Source: Myxococcales bacterium
GTDB taxonomy: Bacteria > Myxococcota_A > UBA9042 > JABWCM01 > BTVJ01
DNA length: 64,000 nt
Assembly (NCBI GenBank): GCA_045863395.1
Contig: BTVJ01000007.1
Span: 96,001 to 160,000 of the forward strand
Direction of reading: 5' to 3'
In this document: piece after piece, positions 29,144 through 39,282 of the stretch
Numbering within the stretch: the stretch's first letter is position 1
Layout of the letters: every line of letters begins with the position of its first letter
Notes under the pieces: model-generated
The model's database searches: none
What the model was told of the DNA's origin: nothing
What the model saw: the letters and a program-made list of their open reading frames with translations, nothing else
Position numbers and translations under genes: made by a program

Positions 29144-31171
29144 TCACTGTGGCGTGTACCAGATCGGCGACGTCCAGGCGCGCTCCTGCGTCGTCTTCGT
29201 TACGGCAGGGTCCGTGCAGGCCGCCGGGCGCTCCGGCTCGGGGAGGGACAGGCACTCCCAGGCGTTGTAGCGGCAGCTCGGGTTCTCGATGACCCGCACG
29301 TACCAAAGAGCGCGCTGAGCGGGGTCGAAGGTGGGGTCTTCCCACACCGCGCAGAGGGAGTCGGCGCCTGCGCCGACAGGGGCGCAGGTGGCCGGGTCCA
29401 CCGAGGCCCCGTTCGTCGGGTCGCCCGCCACGTCCCACACCTGCTCGTGGCCCGCGCCATCTGCGTCCACCCACCCCTTGACGATCTGGACTCGCTGGAG
29501 CTGCACCCCTGGCAGGTCCGGGGTGCCCGGATCGCGCTGCGCCAGCACGACGAAGCGCGGGGCGTCCGTCGCCGGCAGGTCGCCGCCCATGGGAACGCCG
29601 CTGGCGTAGCCCTTCTCCACCAGGTCCGGATCGTCGCACAGGTCTGCCGGGTAGCTCCCGCCGAAGAAGCGCACCGTGATGCGCGGCCCGCTGGTCGCGA
29701 AGACCTCGCGGCGCCGCAGCGCCTCGAAGATCGCATCCCTGGACTTCTCCACCGCCCAGACGCCGGCCAGCCCGCCGGGGGTGTTCATGATGCCGCCGGG
29801 AAGGAGCCCACCGACGCCGAGGCGCTTCTCCGGCGTGTCGTCCTCCAGGCCCACGTGGCCGGGGAAGCCTGGCTCATCAACCGCTCCGGGGGTGCCGTTG
29901 TGGGTGTCCGTGCTCCCGATGAGGCCGAGCTTGTAGGGGTTGGCGCCGATGCGCGCCTCCTCGCGGAGGCCCTCGACCAGCGTGGTGCGCACGAAGTCGA
30001 GGCGGGAGACGCACCCCAGGTTGACCATGCCGCCCTCGCCGACACCGTCGCCGCAGTCCTCGAAGGGCGGCTTGCGGAGCTTCTCGAAGGTGCACAGCTC
30101 GTCGGGGGGGCCGAGCGGGCTCGCGAGGCCGGGGCTGCACTCCGAGTCGCCCTTGTGCTGGAAGACCTCGACGAGCGGCTCCATGGCGACACGCTCCGCT
30201 GCGGCGGCCCCCTGCTCAGCGAGGGTCTGCGCCTGGCCGTACTCGATGGCGAACATGCGCCCGTTGCTCCAGTTGGAGTTGTGGGGAATCGCCAGCACGT
30301 CGCACCCCGTCGCGGCCTCCAGGCAGGCGCCCCGTAGGGCGGCCCACAGGCCACGCGGCTCGGGCTCGTCGAAGTAGTGGACGGGCAGGGCCGGCACGGC
30401 CGCGTTCCTGAAGATCACGTTGCGGTGGATGTTGCTCACGTAGGGCGAGCCCGAGTACTCGTAGCCCACGAAGGTCGTGAAGGTGCAGGCCGCTGTCCGG
30501 TCGTAGAAGTCCTCGGCCGCGTCTTGAAGCTCCTGCCAGATGGTGCTCGCCTCGGCTGCGCAGAGGGCCCCGTCCTCTCCACAGATGCCGGCGGGGTGGG
30601 AGGGGGCTGGCTTGGACAGGCGGATGCCCAGGGTCGGGACTCCGCCGACGCCCGTGTAGCTCTTGCACATGGCCGAGTCTGCCGCCGGGCCGTCGCCGGC
30701 GCACAGCGACGTCTCCGCCATCAGCTCCGCGTGGTCCGTGACCGCCGCGAAGTCCAAGGGGCGCCGGAGCCGCACCTCCCGGGTCCCCTTGCCGTCCGGG
30801 CCCAGCGGGGGGAGCCAGACGGACTCGCCCCGCGCGAAGGCGTAGGCCTGCGCCGGGGTCGTGCGGACGTCGTAGCGCGAGGCGTCGAAGGAGTACGCCG
30901 TGTGGACGTGGAGGTCACCGAAGTAGGCGTTGCGAAGCGGGTTGCGGTCCGCGCAGGGCTCCCGGTCCTCCGTCAGCGTGACCAGCGTCGTGTCGTCCGA
31001 GCCTGGCTGCACGTCGCTTGCGCCTGTGGGCGCGTCGGACCCGGTGGTGTCCGCCTCGACCGTGGGGGTGTCCCCTTGAGGCGCTGCGTTGGTGTCGGTG
31101 TGGTGAGCGGCGCCGTCGGGATCGGTGCAGGCCACTCCCAGGACAACCAGCATGGGCAGGGCGACCTTCAC
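29144..31171 (-). CDS. DUF3604 family lipoprotein (PHP-like metallohydrolase)
   Basis: YFGDLHVHTAYSFDA, LDFAAVTDHAE, IPHNSNWSNG, IGSTDTHN, FATSGPRI, QERAWTSPIWY. Confidence 0.9.
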   Translation of the reverse strand: MKVALPMLVVLGVACTDPDGAAHHTDTNAAPQGDTPTVEADTTGSDAPTGASDVQPGSDDTTLVTLTEDREPCADRNPLRNAYFGDLHVHTAYSFDASRYDVRTTPAQAYAFARGESVWLPPLGPDGKGTREVRLRRPLDFAAVTDHAELMAETSLCAGDGPAADSAMCKSYTGVGGVPTLGIRLSKPAPSHPAGICGEDGALCAAEASTIWQELQDAAEDFYDRTAACTFTTFVGYEYSGSPYVSNIHRNVIFRNAAVPALPVHYFDEPEPRGLWAALRGACLEAATGCDVLAIPHNSNWSNGRMFAIEYGQAQTLAEQGAAAAERVAMEPLVEVFQHKGDSECSPGLASPLGPPDELCTFEKLRKPPFEDCGDGVGEGGMVNLGCVSRLDFVRTTLVEGLREEARIGANPYKLGLIGSTDTHNGTPGAVDEPGFPGHVGLEDDTPEKRLGVGGLLPGGIMNTPGGLAGVWAVEKSRDAIFEALRRREVFATSGPRITVRFFGGSYPADLCDDPDLVEKGYASGVPMGGDLPATDAPRFVVLAQRDPGTPDLPGVQLQRVQIVKGWVDADGAGHEQVWDVAGDPTNGASVDPATCAPVGAGADSLCAVWEDPTFDPAQRALWYVRVIENPSCRYNAWECLSLPEPERPAACTDPAVTKTTQERAWTSPIWYTPQ

Positions 31172-31174
31172 CCG

Positions 31175-33754
31175 TCAGCTCTGAGCGCCGGAGCGCCGAC
31201 GCAGGGACCAGGCGCGGCGACGGGTCGCAAAGGCAATCGCCGCGAGGGTCAGCGCCAGCCATGGGCCAGCGGCGCCAGACCGCGTGGACGTGCATCCGCC
31301 GGACGTCGTGCCCTGGTCGTAGATGACCGGCTGGTTGGCGCCCTGGCCCGAGCCGCCCGCTCCGCCGGCGTCCGTCCCGCTGCCACCACCGGCGCCACCC
31401 GCCCCCCCGCCTGCACCACCACCACCGGCACCACCACCGGCACCACCACCGGCACCACCACCGGCACCACCACCGCCTCCGGCGTCGTCACCACCGCCCC
31501 CGCCCCCACCACCGCCTCCGGCGTCGTCACCACCGCCCCCGCCCCCACCACACCCCTCGTCGATCGCACCGTCGCAGTCGTCGTCGCGCCCGTTGTCGCA
31601 GATCTCCGTCGCCCCCGGGTACACGGCGGCCTTCGTGTCGTCGCAGTCGTCCGGTAGACACGCGCCGTCGCCGTCGCCGTCCACACACGCGCCGCAGCCG
31701 TCGTCCGCCGTGCCGTTGCAGTCGTCGTCGCGGCCGTTCTCGCAGACCTCCGCCGCGTCGGGGTGCACCTTCGGGTCGCCGTCGTTGCAGTCGTCCTCGA
31801 CGCAGTAGCCGTCCCCGTCCGCGTCCGTACAGGCGTCGCAGCCCTCGTCCTTCTGACCGTCACAGTCGTTGTCCCGGTTGTCGCCGCACTTCTCCGTGGC
31901 GCCGGGATGGATGGCGGCGTCACCGTCGTGGCAGTCGTCGGCCTCGCAGTAGCCGTCCCCGTCGGCGTCCGTGCAGTCGCAGTCCTCGTCCGTCGCTCCG
32001 TCGCAGTCGTCGTCCACGCCGTTGCCGCAGACCTCCTTCTTGGTCGGGCTGATCTTCGCGTCCCCGTCGTTGCAGTCGTCCGCCTTGCACACGCCGTCCT
32101 TGTCCCCGTCGATGCACTTGCACACCCCCACCGTCTGGTTGTTCGTGAACACGGGCTTGTCGCACGCCTCCCCGACGGGGCAGTGGCCGTCCGAGGTGCA
32201 CAGCTTCCTGCACTGGGTCTTGAAGGTGCCCGTGTTGATGCAGATCAGGCCGTCGCCGCAGTCGAGCGCGGTGGTCAGCGAGGCGTTGCACGTGGCGTCC
32301 AGCGCCTTGCCGTTGCTCGTGAAGCAGTCCATCGCCCCGCCGCTCGTCGGGTAGCAGGCCTCGCCCTTGGGGCAGCCGCCGCCCGTGATCGGGCAGTTGG
32401 CGGGGGGCATGCACTTGTCGATCTGCGTCGCGCACTTGGAGTAGACGCAGGAGGAGTACGCCGCCGGGTCCGTGAGGCTGCCGCACTGCTTGTCCCAGCA
32501 GTCGAGCATCGCGGTGAGCTGATCCTGGGCGGTCTTGGTCCCGCTCCCGAAGCAGTCTGCGGAGCACTGCTGGTTCTGCCCGCAGTCCCCCAGGCAGTCG
32601 TAGACCTGCTCGCAGGTCAGGTTGCCCGTCGGGATGGGGAAGCACGCCTCGATCTGCGCCGCGCAGTTGTTCTGCATGCAGGTCTGGTACTGGCTGTCGG
32701 GCACCGAGCCGCACTTGTTGGTCGCGCACGCGAACAGCGCGTCCATCTGGGCCTGAGCCGTGCTCGTGCCCGTCTGGTAGCAGTCCACCTGGCAGGCGGC
32801 GTTGGTCGTGGGGCAGGACGCGAGGCAGTCATAAGCCTGCTCGCAGGTCTTGGTCTGGCAGAGCGTGTTGTCGCACTTGCCGTCCGCCTTGCACGCCTGG
32901 GCGCAGAAGCACATGCCCGCGTTGGTCTTGCAGCTCGGCAGCGGTTGGCTGATCTTGCCGGAGATCCAGGTGGCGAAGGCGTCGACCCGCGTGTCGATGT
33001 ACGTACCTTTGCACGGGTCGGTCTGGTTGCCGCCCACGGCGGAGTTGACCCCCACGACGACCCACTGGCCGCCCTCCTGCGACAGACCCGGTCCCCCGGA
33101 GTCGCCGAAGCAGATGCCCTGACCCTTGTACTCGCTGTAGTACTCCGTGTTGTAGTAGTCGCTGATCGCCATGGACGCGGAGCGCTTGACCCCGCTGCCC
33201 CCCTGGTTGATGCCGTCGGTGACGCCGAAGCCCACGTAGAAGAGGACCTTGCCGATCCACGAGCTCTTGAGGACCGTCGTGTTGAGCGCCACCGGTGTCA
33301 CGCCTGTGACCGCCTTCGTCAGGTGGACGAGGCCGATGTCGTTCTGCTCGAAGCTCGCGTTCGGCTTGTAGTTCGGGTGCAGGATGAAGGCGTCCGCCTG
33401 GTAGAGGGTGCCCGAGATCGGGCCGTTACCGAAGTTGGCCGGGTTGGCGTTGGTGCCCACCATGAACTTCGTCACCTGGGGCGAGATGGTCTTCCCCTCA
33501 TGCTCCACCAGACAGTGGGCGGCCGTCAGGACCCACTGGGGTGCGATCAGGGTGCCCGTGCAGAAGCTCCCCGCGTAGCCGTAGCCGGGATACGTCATGG
33601 TCAGCGCGCCGACGGCGGTCCACCCCGTCTCGGTCTGGCCATTGACGATGGGCTGGGCGGAAGGATCGTTCCCGTCCGCCTCGGGGGGAGGCTCGCAGGA
33701 GGCCAACGCCGCGACGAGCGCGGCCACGAGGGGGAGGTGCAGGTGGAGCTTCAT
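31175..33754 (-). CDS. Trypsin-like (S1) serine protease lipoprotein with Cys-rich and MopE-like repeats and a MYXO-CTERM-type tail
   Basis: IVNG, LTAAHC, NDIGL, CFGDSGGP; Gly-rich linker; tail GGC...WLALTLAAIAFATRRR. Start MKLHLHLP. Confidence 0.9.
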   Translation of the reverse strand: MKLHLHLPLVAALVAALASCEPPPEADGNDPSAQPIVNGQTETGWTAVGALTMTYPGYGYAGSFCTGTLIAPQWVLTAAHCLVEHEGKTISPQVTKFMVGTNANPANFGNGPISGTLYQADAFILHPNYKPNASFEQNDIGLVHLTKAVTGVTPVALNTTVLKSSWIGKVLFYVGFGVTDGINQGGSGVKRSASMAISDYYNTEYYSEYKGQGICFGDSGGPGLSQEGGQWVVVGVNSAVGGNQTDPCKGTYIDTRVDAFATWISGKISQPLPSCKTNAGMCFCAQACKADGKCDNTLCQTKTCEQAYDCLASCPTTNAACQVDCYQTGTSTAQAQMDALFACATNKCGSVPDSQYQTCMQNNCAAQIEACFPIPTGNLTCEQVYDCLGDCGQNQQCSADCFGSGTKTAQDQLTAMLDCWDKQCGSLTDPAAYSSCVYSKCATQIDKCMPPANCPITGGGCPKGEACYPTSGGAMDCFTSNGKALDATCNASLTTALDCGDGLICINTGTFKTQCRKLCTSDGHCPVGEACDKPVFTNNQTVGVCKCIDGDKDGVCKADDCNDGDAKISPTKKEVCGNGVDDDCDGATDEDCDCTDADGDGYCEADDCHDGDAAIHPGATEKCGDNRDNDCDGQKDEGCDACTDADGDGYCVEDDCNDGDPKVHPDAAEVCENGRDDDCNGTADDGCGACVDGDGDGACLPDDCDDTKAAVYPGATEICDNGRDDDCDGAIDEGCGGGGGGGDDAGGGGGGGGGGDDAGGGGGAGGGAGGGAGGGAGGGGAGGGAGGAGGGSGTDAGGAGGSGQGANQPVIYDQGTTSGGCTSTRSGAAGPWLALTLAAIAFATRRRAWSLRRRSGAQS
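31425..31550. repeat. Coding tandem repeats: 12 bp x4 followed by 39 bp x2
   Basis: (ccggcaccacca)x4 at 31425-31472 and an exact 39-mer twice at 31473-31550. They encode the Gly-rich linker of the S1 protease. Confidence 0.9.
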
Positions 33755-33951
33755 GGACCGTTCCGAGGCCGGTGGTGGGCAATGACAGCCGCGGGGTGCC
33801 GGTTCACCCCGGGGGAGCCGTCGAGCGCCGGGGATCCTGTCGCCGTGGTGGCCGCGAGTCAAGGCGAAGGGGCTCGCTCCAGTTTCCATGCGGCGCGACC
33901 GTTGCCGATGCGGTAGGATGCGCCACACCCGCGCACCCCGGAGGTTCAGCG

Positions 33952-34260
33952 ATGCGCGCTCTCTTCGTCGTCCTGTTGGTCCTGACCGGCTGCAGTGGCA
34001 CCACCTTGCGCTCCGCGGTGCAGGGGGGCCTGGGCGACCCCATCGACGTGACCCAGGTCAAGCACATCTGCGATCTGCCGCCCGGCACACCGATCACCGA
34101 CGACTACGTGCTCCTCGGGTGCACCCCCCAGAAGGCGCCCATCGTCCTCGATCTGGTGTGCCAGCAGAAGACCTCCGCCAGCAGGTCGTGCGCCTTCCAG
34201 GTGGACGCCTTCCTCTACTCGCGCCCGGCTGGGCCATCGTCGATGACCCTGACTCCCTAG
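33952..34260 (+). CDS. Small lipoprotein
   Basis: GGAGG RBS. MRALFVVLLVLTG|C; 102 aa with four further Cys. Confidence 0.7.
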   Translation: MRALFVVLLVLTGCSGTTLRSAVQGGLGDPIDVTQVKHICDLPPGTPITDDYVLLGCTPQKAPIVLDLVCQQKTSASRSCAFQVDAFLYSRPAGPSSMTLTP

Positions 34261-34421
34261 TACATCGTCCGGTAAGTTCCTTGCGTTATTCGAGGGTCGA
34301 ATCGCCCCGCCAGGTGTTCCGGCCAGGCGCAGGAATACCGAGGCGTATTTCAAGCCTGGTCGGGACGCCTGGAGGGGATGAAGCGGCCGTCCAATAATCA
34401 AGGAACTTGCCGGACGATGTA
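34261..34421. mobile_element. 161-bp MITE-like element with 23-bp terminal inverted repeats, flanked by duplicated CTAG
   Basis: Left tacatcgtccggtaagttccttg (34261-34283) and right caaggaacttgccggacgatgta (34399-34421) match at 22/23. CTAG at 34257-34260 and 34422-34425. Confidence 0.8.
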
Positions 34422-34799
34422 CTAGTACCCCGCCGCCGTCACGAACAGCGTCACCACGCAGGCGAGGCCCAAGAACCAGACCAGCGACCGCAGCTGCGCT
34501 TTGTCGGCCACGTAGAAGACCCCGTGCAGGATGCGGAGCCCGATGAAGGACGCCGCGAGCAGGTCCACGCGGCCCTGCGGCGCATGCGCCATCTGGGCGA
34601 CGATCACGCCGGCTGCGAATGGCGGGAACGCCTCGAAGGCGTTGAGCTGGGCCCAGTTGGCACGCTTGCGCCACCCCTGGGCCCGCTCGAGCCCCTCCCG
34701 CGGGGTCCTGTTGTCGTAGTTGGGGACGGACTTGGCCAGCAGCACCCACAGGTAGGGCAGCGCGGCGGCGACGAGGATGCACCAGGCAGCAAGGGTCAT
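34422..34799 (-). CDS. MAPEG family membrane protein
   Basis: YDNRTPRE...RANWAQLNAFEAFPPFAAGV...RILHGVFYVADKAQLRSLVW. Confidence 0.9.
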   Translation of the reverse strand: MTLAAWCILVAAALPYLWVLLAKSVPNYDNRTPREGLERAQGWRKRANWAQLNAFEAFPPFAAGVIVAQMAHAPQGRVDLLAASFIGLRILHGVFYVADKAQLRSLVWFLGLACVVTLFVTAAGY

Positions 34800-34812
34800 G
34801 AGTGTCTCCGGT

Positions 34813-37635
34813 TCAGGGTACGAAGGTCCCCACGGTCGCGGGGGGACTGGAGGAGGGGACGGAGCCGGACTGGATCTCGGCGCGGACGCGGCCGGCACCA
34901 CCGCCGCCACCGCCGGCCGCGACCAGGCCGCCGCTCGGGTTGATGGTCGCGCCGCCGTTGGCCTGGAGCGCGCCGCTGCCGCCGATGGCCTTCGTGCGCA
35001 GCATGATGGAGCCGCCAGCTCCGCTCCCGCCGCAGCCTCCCCGGTAGGCGCCGCCCGGGTTGACTCCGTTGCTTCCGTTGGCCGCGACGGTACCACCGAC
35101 GCTGATCGTCGGTGCCGTGACGACGATCAGGCCGCCGCCCGCGCCGCCCGCGCCGCCGGCGACACCGAACGCCGAGCCCCCGCCGCCCGCGCCCCCGCCA
35201 CCGAAGTATGCGCGGGCGAGCGCCGCGTCCCCGAAGATGCCGCCGCCGCCGCCGCCGCCGCCGCCGTAGTTGTTGCCGTTGCTGCCCCCGCCACCGCCGC
35301 CCGTCCCGCCGCTGCCGGCCGCGCCCGCCGGAGACCCGCCGCCCGCCGACCCGGGGCCGCCACCATTGCCGCCAGGGCAGGTGCTCCCTCCGCCGCCGCC
35401 AGCGCTCTGGCCGGTGCTGCCACCGGCGCCGCCGCCGCCGCTCCCGTTGCCGCCGCACCCTCCGCCTGCTGCTCCACCGCCTCCGCCGCCCGCGTGGCCC
35501 CCTCCGCCACCGCCGCCCGCGCCGTCGTCGTCGTTGACAGTGCTGTCCCCGCCGCCTCCGCCGGCGCCCGTCGCTCCCGCCACCACCCCGCAGCCATTGT
35601 CTCCAGAGCCGCCCCCCGCGCCCCGGGTGCAGCTCTGCTGGCTGCCGCCGGACGACCCGAAGCCGTTCCACGTCTCGCCACCGCCGCCGCCTCCGCCGCC
35701 CGTGCTGCCGGCGCTCCCGCCCCGGTAGCCCCTGCCGGTCATGTGGACCTGACCTCCGCTTTGCACCGTGAACGTCCCCGTGGCGTAGAGGGCCAGGATT
35801 CCCCCGCTCGTCCCGTCCCAGGCCGGCGCCGTGAGGACGCCGCCCGATGACACGGTGATGTCCGTGTGCTGCCCCGCGACCACGAGCTGCGCCCGGTCGG
35901 AGCCCGCGTTCGAGTAGGTGTTGACCAGGGGATCTGCGAGGGTCACCGTCGTGCCTGACACCGCCTTGATGCGCACGAGCTCCCACCGGCCGGCCTCAGC
36001 GCCCAGGGTCTGGTGCATGACGGCCCGCTGCCCCGCCTCGAACCCGGCGCCGGAGGTGACGGTCACGGCCGTGCCGCCGCTGGTCCCCGCTGCTCCCGCC
36101 CTGGCCGGCCCGAGGGTGACCGCCCCCGTCACGACGAGCGCTCCGTCGGTGCCGCTCCCGTAGGGCCCGGCGGCGCCCGCCTGGGAGAGCGGCTGCCAGG
36201 CGGTGCCGTCGCACCCCTCGAAGGCCGTCCCCGTCCACCGGATGGTGCCCGCCCGAGCCTCGGTGCAGGCGCCCCCGTCGAGGCCCACCTGAATGCCGCC
36301 CGCCACGGCCAGCTTCGCTTGCGGGTCGTTGGTGCCGACGCCGACGTTGCCGCTGCTCGTCACCACCGTGAGCTGCTCGGCGTCGCTGCGCCCGATGCTC
36401 AGGCGCGGGCGGCCGCTGTCCGTCACCCGCGAGATCTGCATGGTGTTCGAGCCCGTCTCGGTCCAGTCCGAGAACTTGAGCGAGACCGCGTCGCCCGACG
36501 ACCAGGGGCTCAGGCGGATGGCCGTCCCCGCGCCATAGGCCTGGCTGGACGTGCCGAAGTACGGGATCACCTGCAGGGCGACGTTGTCGGGCGCCGTGAA
36601 GGGCGACACCCCGGCGCCGGGCAGGATGATGGCGCTCCCTTCGAAGATGGCGGCCTTGCTCTGGTACGCGACGGGGCCCGCCACGTGGAGGGGCGCCCCG
36701 GGCGACGCCTTGCGCACGCCCAGGCTGCCCGTCGCCGTGAGGTCGCCGGTGACCGCCAGCGTTCCCGCCGACGTCCCGCCGCCGAAGGCGAGGGGCATGT
36801 GCGACGAGTCGGCCAGGTTGCGCACCCGGAGCCCGCTTGGGACGGCCACGTGGAGCCAGCCGTCGTTCTTGTCGTAGAGGCCGCTCTCCGAGACCTGGAC
36901 GCCGCAGCCCGCGGCGTTGGCGGTGCACGCGCTGACGGACCCGGGCACCGAGAGGGTCCCGGAGAGCGTCAGATTGGAGGCCAGCGCCGTTCCGCTCACG
37001 CAGCCCGAGCATGCGAGGCCCGTGGCCGCGCCGCCCTTGGTCGCGGACGCCGCGAAGCCGAAGGAGACCTTGTCCGCGGTGACCGCCTGGTCCTGGAGGT
37101 GGCTCGTCGCCACGCTGGATGCGCCCAGCTCGCTCGCCGAGACGCAGCCCACGCAGTCGAGGTCCTGGGCCGGACCGCCTTTTGATGATGAGCCCGCATA
37201 GCCGAAGGCCACCTCCTCGCTCGACACGCAGCCCGAGCACTGCAGGTCAGCGCTGACGAGCGCCGTGGCCGCCTGCGACGCGGCGATGGACCAGGCTACG
37301 GGGCGCACGGGGCGACGTGGCAGGGCCTGGCCATCGACCACCGTCTCCAGCCAGAGCGCGCTCGCCGACTCGAACACCCCCGCCGGGACGGGCCCGAGCT
37401 CCACGTCGAAGAGACCCTGGACCACCGCGACGCCGGCGAGCGCCTGCGAGTATGCGGCGGCGCCGCCGGTCTCCGCGGGGTAGAGGTGGAAGGCGAGATC
37501 GAAGGTGCCGTTGGCGGGTGTCCCCCCCGAGGTGTAGACGCTGCCTTGCAGGCTGAGCGTCCGGTCCGGCGACGCCTCTGCCGTCGTCCCGATTATCGCG
37601 ACGAGGACTGCACAGGCTCTCACGAAGCGGCTCAT
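34813..37635 (-). CDS. Secreted fibre/adhesin-like protein with a Gly-rich C-terminal domain
   Basis: Signal peptide; LSLQG...FHLY..ETGG...GLFDVELG...WLE N-domain; three LxCxGCVS repeats; GNVGVGTNDPQAKLAVAG shaft motif; poly-Gly tip. Confidence 0.75.
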   Translation of the reverse strand: MSRFVRACAVLVAIIGTTAEASPDRTLSLQGSVYTSGGTPANGTFDLAFHLYPAETGGAAAYSQALAGVAVVQGLFDVELGPVPAGVFESASALWLETVVDGQALPRRPVRPVAWSIAASQAATALVSADLQCSGCVSSEEVAFGYAGSSSKGGPAQDLDCVGCVSASELGASSVATSHLQDQAVTADKVSFGFAASATKGGAATGLACSGCVSGTALASNLTLSGTLSVPGSVSACTANAAGCGVQVSESGLYDKNDGWLHVAVPSGLRVRNLADSSHMPLAFGGGTSAGTLAVTGDLTATGSLGVRKASPGAPLHVAGPVAYQSKAAIFEGSAIILPGAGVSPFTAPDNVALQVIPYFGTSSQAYGAGTAIRLSPWSSGDAVSLKFSDWTETGSNTMQISRVTDSGRPRLSIGRSDAEQLTVVTSSGNVGVGTNDPQAKLAVAGGIQVGLDGGACTEARAGTIRWTGTAFEGCDGTAWQPLSQAGAAGPYGSGTDGALVVTGAVTLGPARAGAAGTSGGTAVTVTSGAGFEAGQRAVMHQTLGAEAGRWELVRIKAVSGTTVTLADPLVNTYSNAGSDRAQLVVAGQHTDITVSSGGVLTAPAWDGTSGGILALYATGTFTVQSGGQVHMTGRGYRGGSAGSTGGGGGGGGETWNGFGSSGGSQQSCTRGAGGGSGDNGCGVVAGATGAGGGGGDSTVNDDDGAGGGGGGGHAGGGGGGAAGGGCGGNGSGGGGAGGSTGQSAGGGGGSTCPGGNGGGPGSAGGGSPAGAAGSGGTGGGGGGSNGNNYGGGGGGGGGIFGDAALARAYFGGGGAGGGGSAFGVAGGAGGAGGGLIVVTAPTISVGGTVAANGSNGVNPGGAYRGGCGGSGAGGSIMLRTKAIGGSGALQANGGATINPSGGLVAAGGGGGGAGRVRAEIQSGSVPSSSPPATVGTFVP

Positions 37636-37779
37636 GGGTCCTCCTCTCGCCGAGCACGTCCGTCCCGGCGGTCGGCCGGGGGCCCGCGCTCCACGGGTCG
37701 GGGTCAGCTCCATGTCAATGGGCGTATGGTGCATCGGGTGTCGCAGGGGGGTCAAGGGGGGGCGGAGCCGAGGGTGCGC

Positions 37780-38688
37780 TCAGCCTGGCGTCCCCGGCAC
37801 ACCACAGCTCGCGCGGCCCGCGCCGAACACGACGATGCCGACGAGCCCGAGCCAACCGAGCACCGCGAAGACCTGCTCGACAGGGCCTGGCGCGAAGCTC
37901 GGGATCGCAGGCGGGTCGCGCTCCATGGTCGCGACGAGGTCCGGCGAGCCCCACCACCGCCCATCCACGTCGCGGACGGCCGTGCGCCCTTCCCGGATGC
38001 CCTCGACGATCCCGCGTGCGCTCACCTCGTCGACCGCGACCCAGACCCGCACGAGGCCCATGACCCCGAAGGCGTGGTAGTCCGACGAGCCGACGGCGGC
38101 CAAGGAGTAGCCGTCGGCGCGCGCCTGCTCGTAGAAGGAGCGCATCTCCTGGGCGCGGCCGTTCTCCCCCGGCTCGACCCACGCCAGCGGGTGGACGACC
38201 TCCACGGCGTCGAGCCGGTCTCGCACGGGCGCCAGCGCCCTGCCGAAGCGGCCGAAGGGGTGGGCGCCGATGGCGACGCCGCCCTGGCGGTGGATGGCCT
38301 CGATGACGTCGGGGAGCGGCTGATCCCAAGGGATGCGCTCCTCGATGCCCAGCGCGATGACGTGCACGGCGCGGGTGGTGATCTCCTCGCCCACCAGCAC
38401 GATGGGGCCGCCGACGAGCTCCGAGTACCAGCGGGCGACGAGCGCGGGGAAGACCAGGTTGTGCTCCGTCACGGCAAAGGCGTCCAGGCCCGCGCGACGT
38501 GCGATGGGGACCAGGTCCACGGGGGAGACGACGCCATCGCTGAACCGGGTGTGGGCGTGCAGGTCCACCTGGAGGACCCGCCGACCCAGACGCTCCACGA
38601 CGGGAGTCGGCGGCGTCGGGTCGCCGAGAGACCCCGCGAGGAGCCCCACGGCGAGCGCCGCCCACGCGAGCCGAGCGGGCCAGCTCAC
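37780..38688 (-). CDS. PHP-domain metallohydrolase, membrane-anchored
   Basis: DLHAHTRFSDG, AVTEHN, GEEIT, IGAHP, GSSDYH. GTGA overlap with the upstream gene. Confidence 0.85.
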   Translation of the reverse strand: MSWPARLAWAALAVGLLAGSLGDPTPPTPVVERLGRRVLQVDLHAHTRFSDGVVSPVDLVPIARRAGLDAFAVTEHNLVFPALVARWYSELVGGPIVLVGEEITTRAVHVIALGIEERIPWDQPLPDVIEAIHRQGGVAIGAHPFGRFGRALAPVRDRLDAVEVVHPLAWVEPGENGRAQEMRSFYEQARADGYSLAAVGSSDYHAFGVMGLVRVWVAVDEVSARGIVEGIREGRTAVRDVDGRWWGSPDLVATMERDPPAIPSFAPGPVEQVFAVLGWLGLVGIVVFGAGRASCGVPGTPG

Positions 38689-39275
38689 GCGGACACCAGG
38701 AGCGGGGCGAGCTGGTGCGTGCCGAGCAGCCACGCGACGAAGACGCCAAGGTAGAGTGTGTAGTACACGCAGAGCGCCGCGGTGGCGCGACCAGGCGCCA
38801 AGGCCAGCCCGTGGCGGAGACAGGCCCACGTGAGCGCGACGGACCACACCAGGGCGAGCAGGACCGCGGCCTGCAGCACGCCGGCGGAGAGCAGCGCTCG
38901 GAAGGTGGCGAGCAGGTCGGGGGCGAACAGGAAGACTCCCGACGTCGCGAGCAGCAGGAGCACCCACGGGCTCGCGCCGACCATCAGCAGGTCGAGGGCG
39001 TGGGCGAGCCGTACCTGGCGTGCGACCAGGCGCAGCGCCACGGCCAGCGCCAGCGCCTGCGCCAGGGGGCCGAAGGACCACGAGAGCATCGTCGTGGCGA
39101 CGTGGAAGGCGACCAGGCGCTCCGCCGTCGTCAGCGAGATGAAGCAGCCGATGACCAGCAGCAGGAGGAGCGGGCGGCGCGCCGCCACCCAGAGGGTCGG
39201 CGCAGGGAGGGTGGCGGCGAGCGCCTCATAGGTGGCGCGGGGACGCACGATCACACGGAGCTCTGCGGCGATCAT
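38685..39275 (-). CDS. Multi-pass membrane protein (Yip1-like)
   Basis: VIVRPRATYEAL N-terminus followed by about 5 hydrophobic helices. Confidence 0.6.
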   Translation of the reverse strand: MIAAELRVIVRPRATYEALAATLPAPTLWVAARRPLLLLLVIGCFISLTTAERLVAFHVATTMLSWSFGPLAQALALAVALRLVARQVRLAHALDLLMVGASPWVLLLLATSGVFLFAPDLLATFRALLSAGVLQAAVLLALVWSVALTWACLRHGLALAPGRATAALCVYYTLYLGVFVAWLLGTHQLAPLLVSA

Positions 39276-39282
39276 CACGTGG

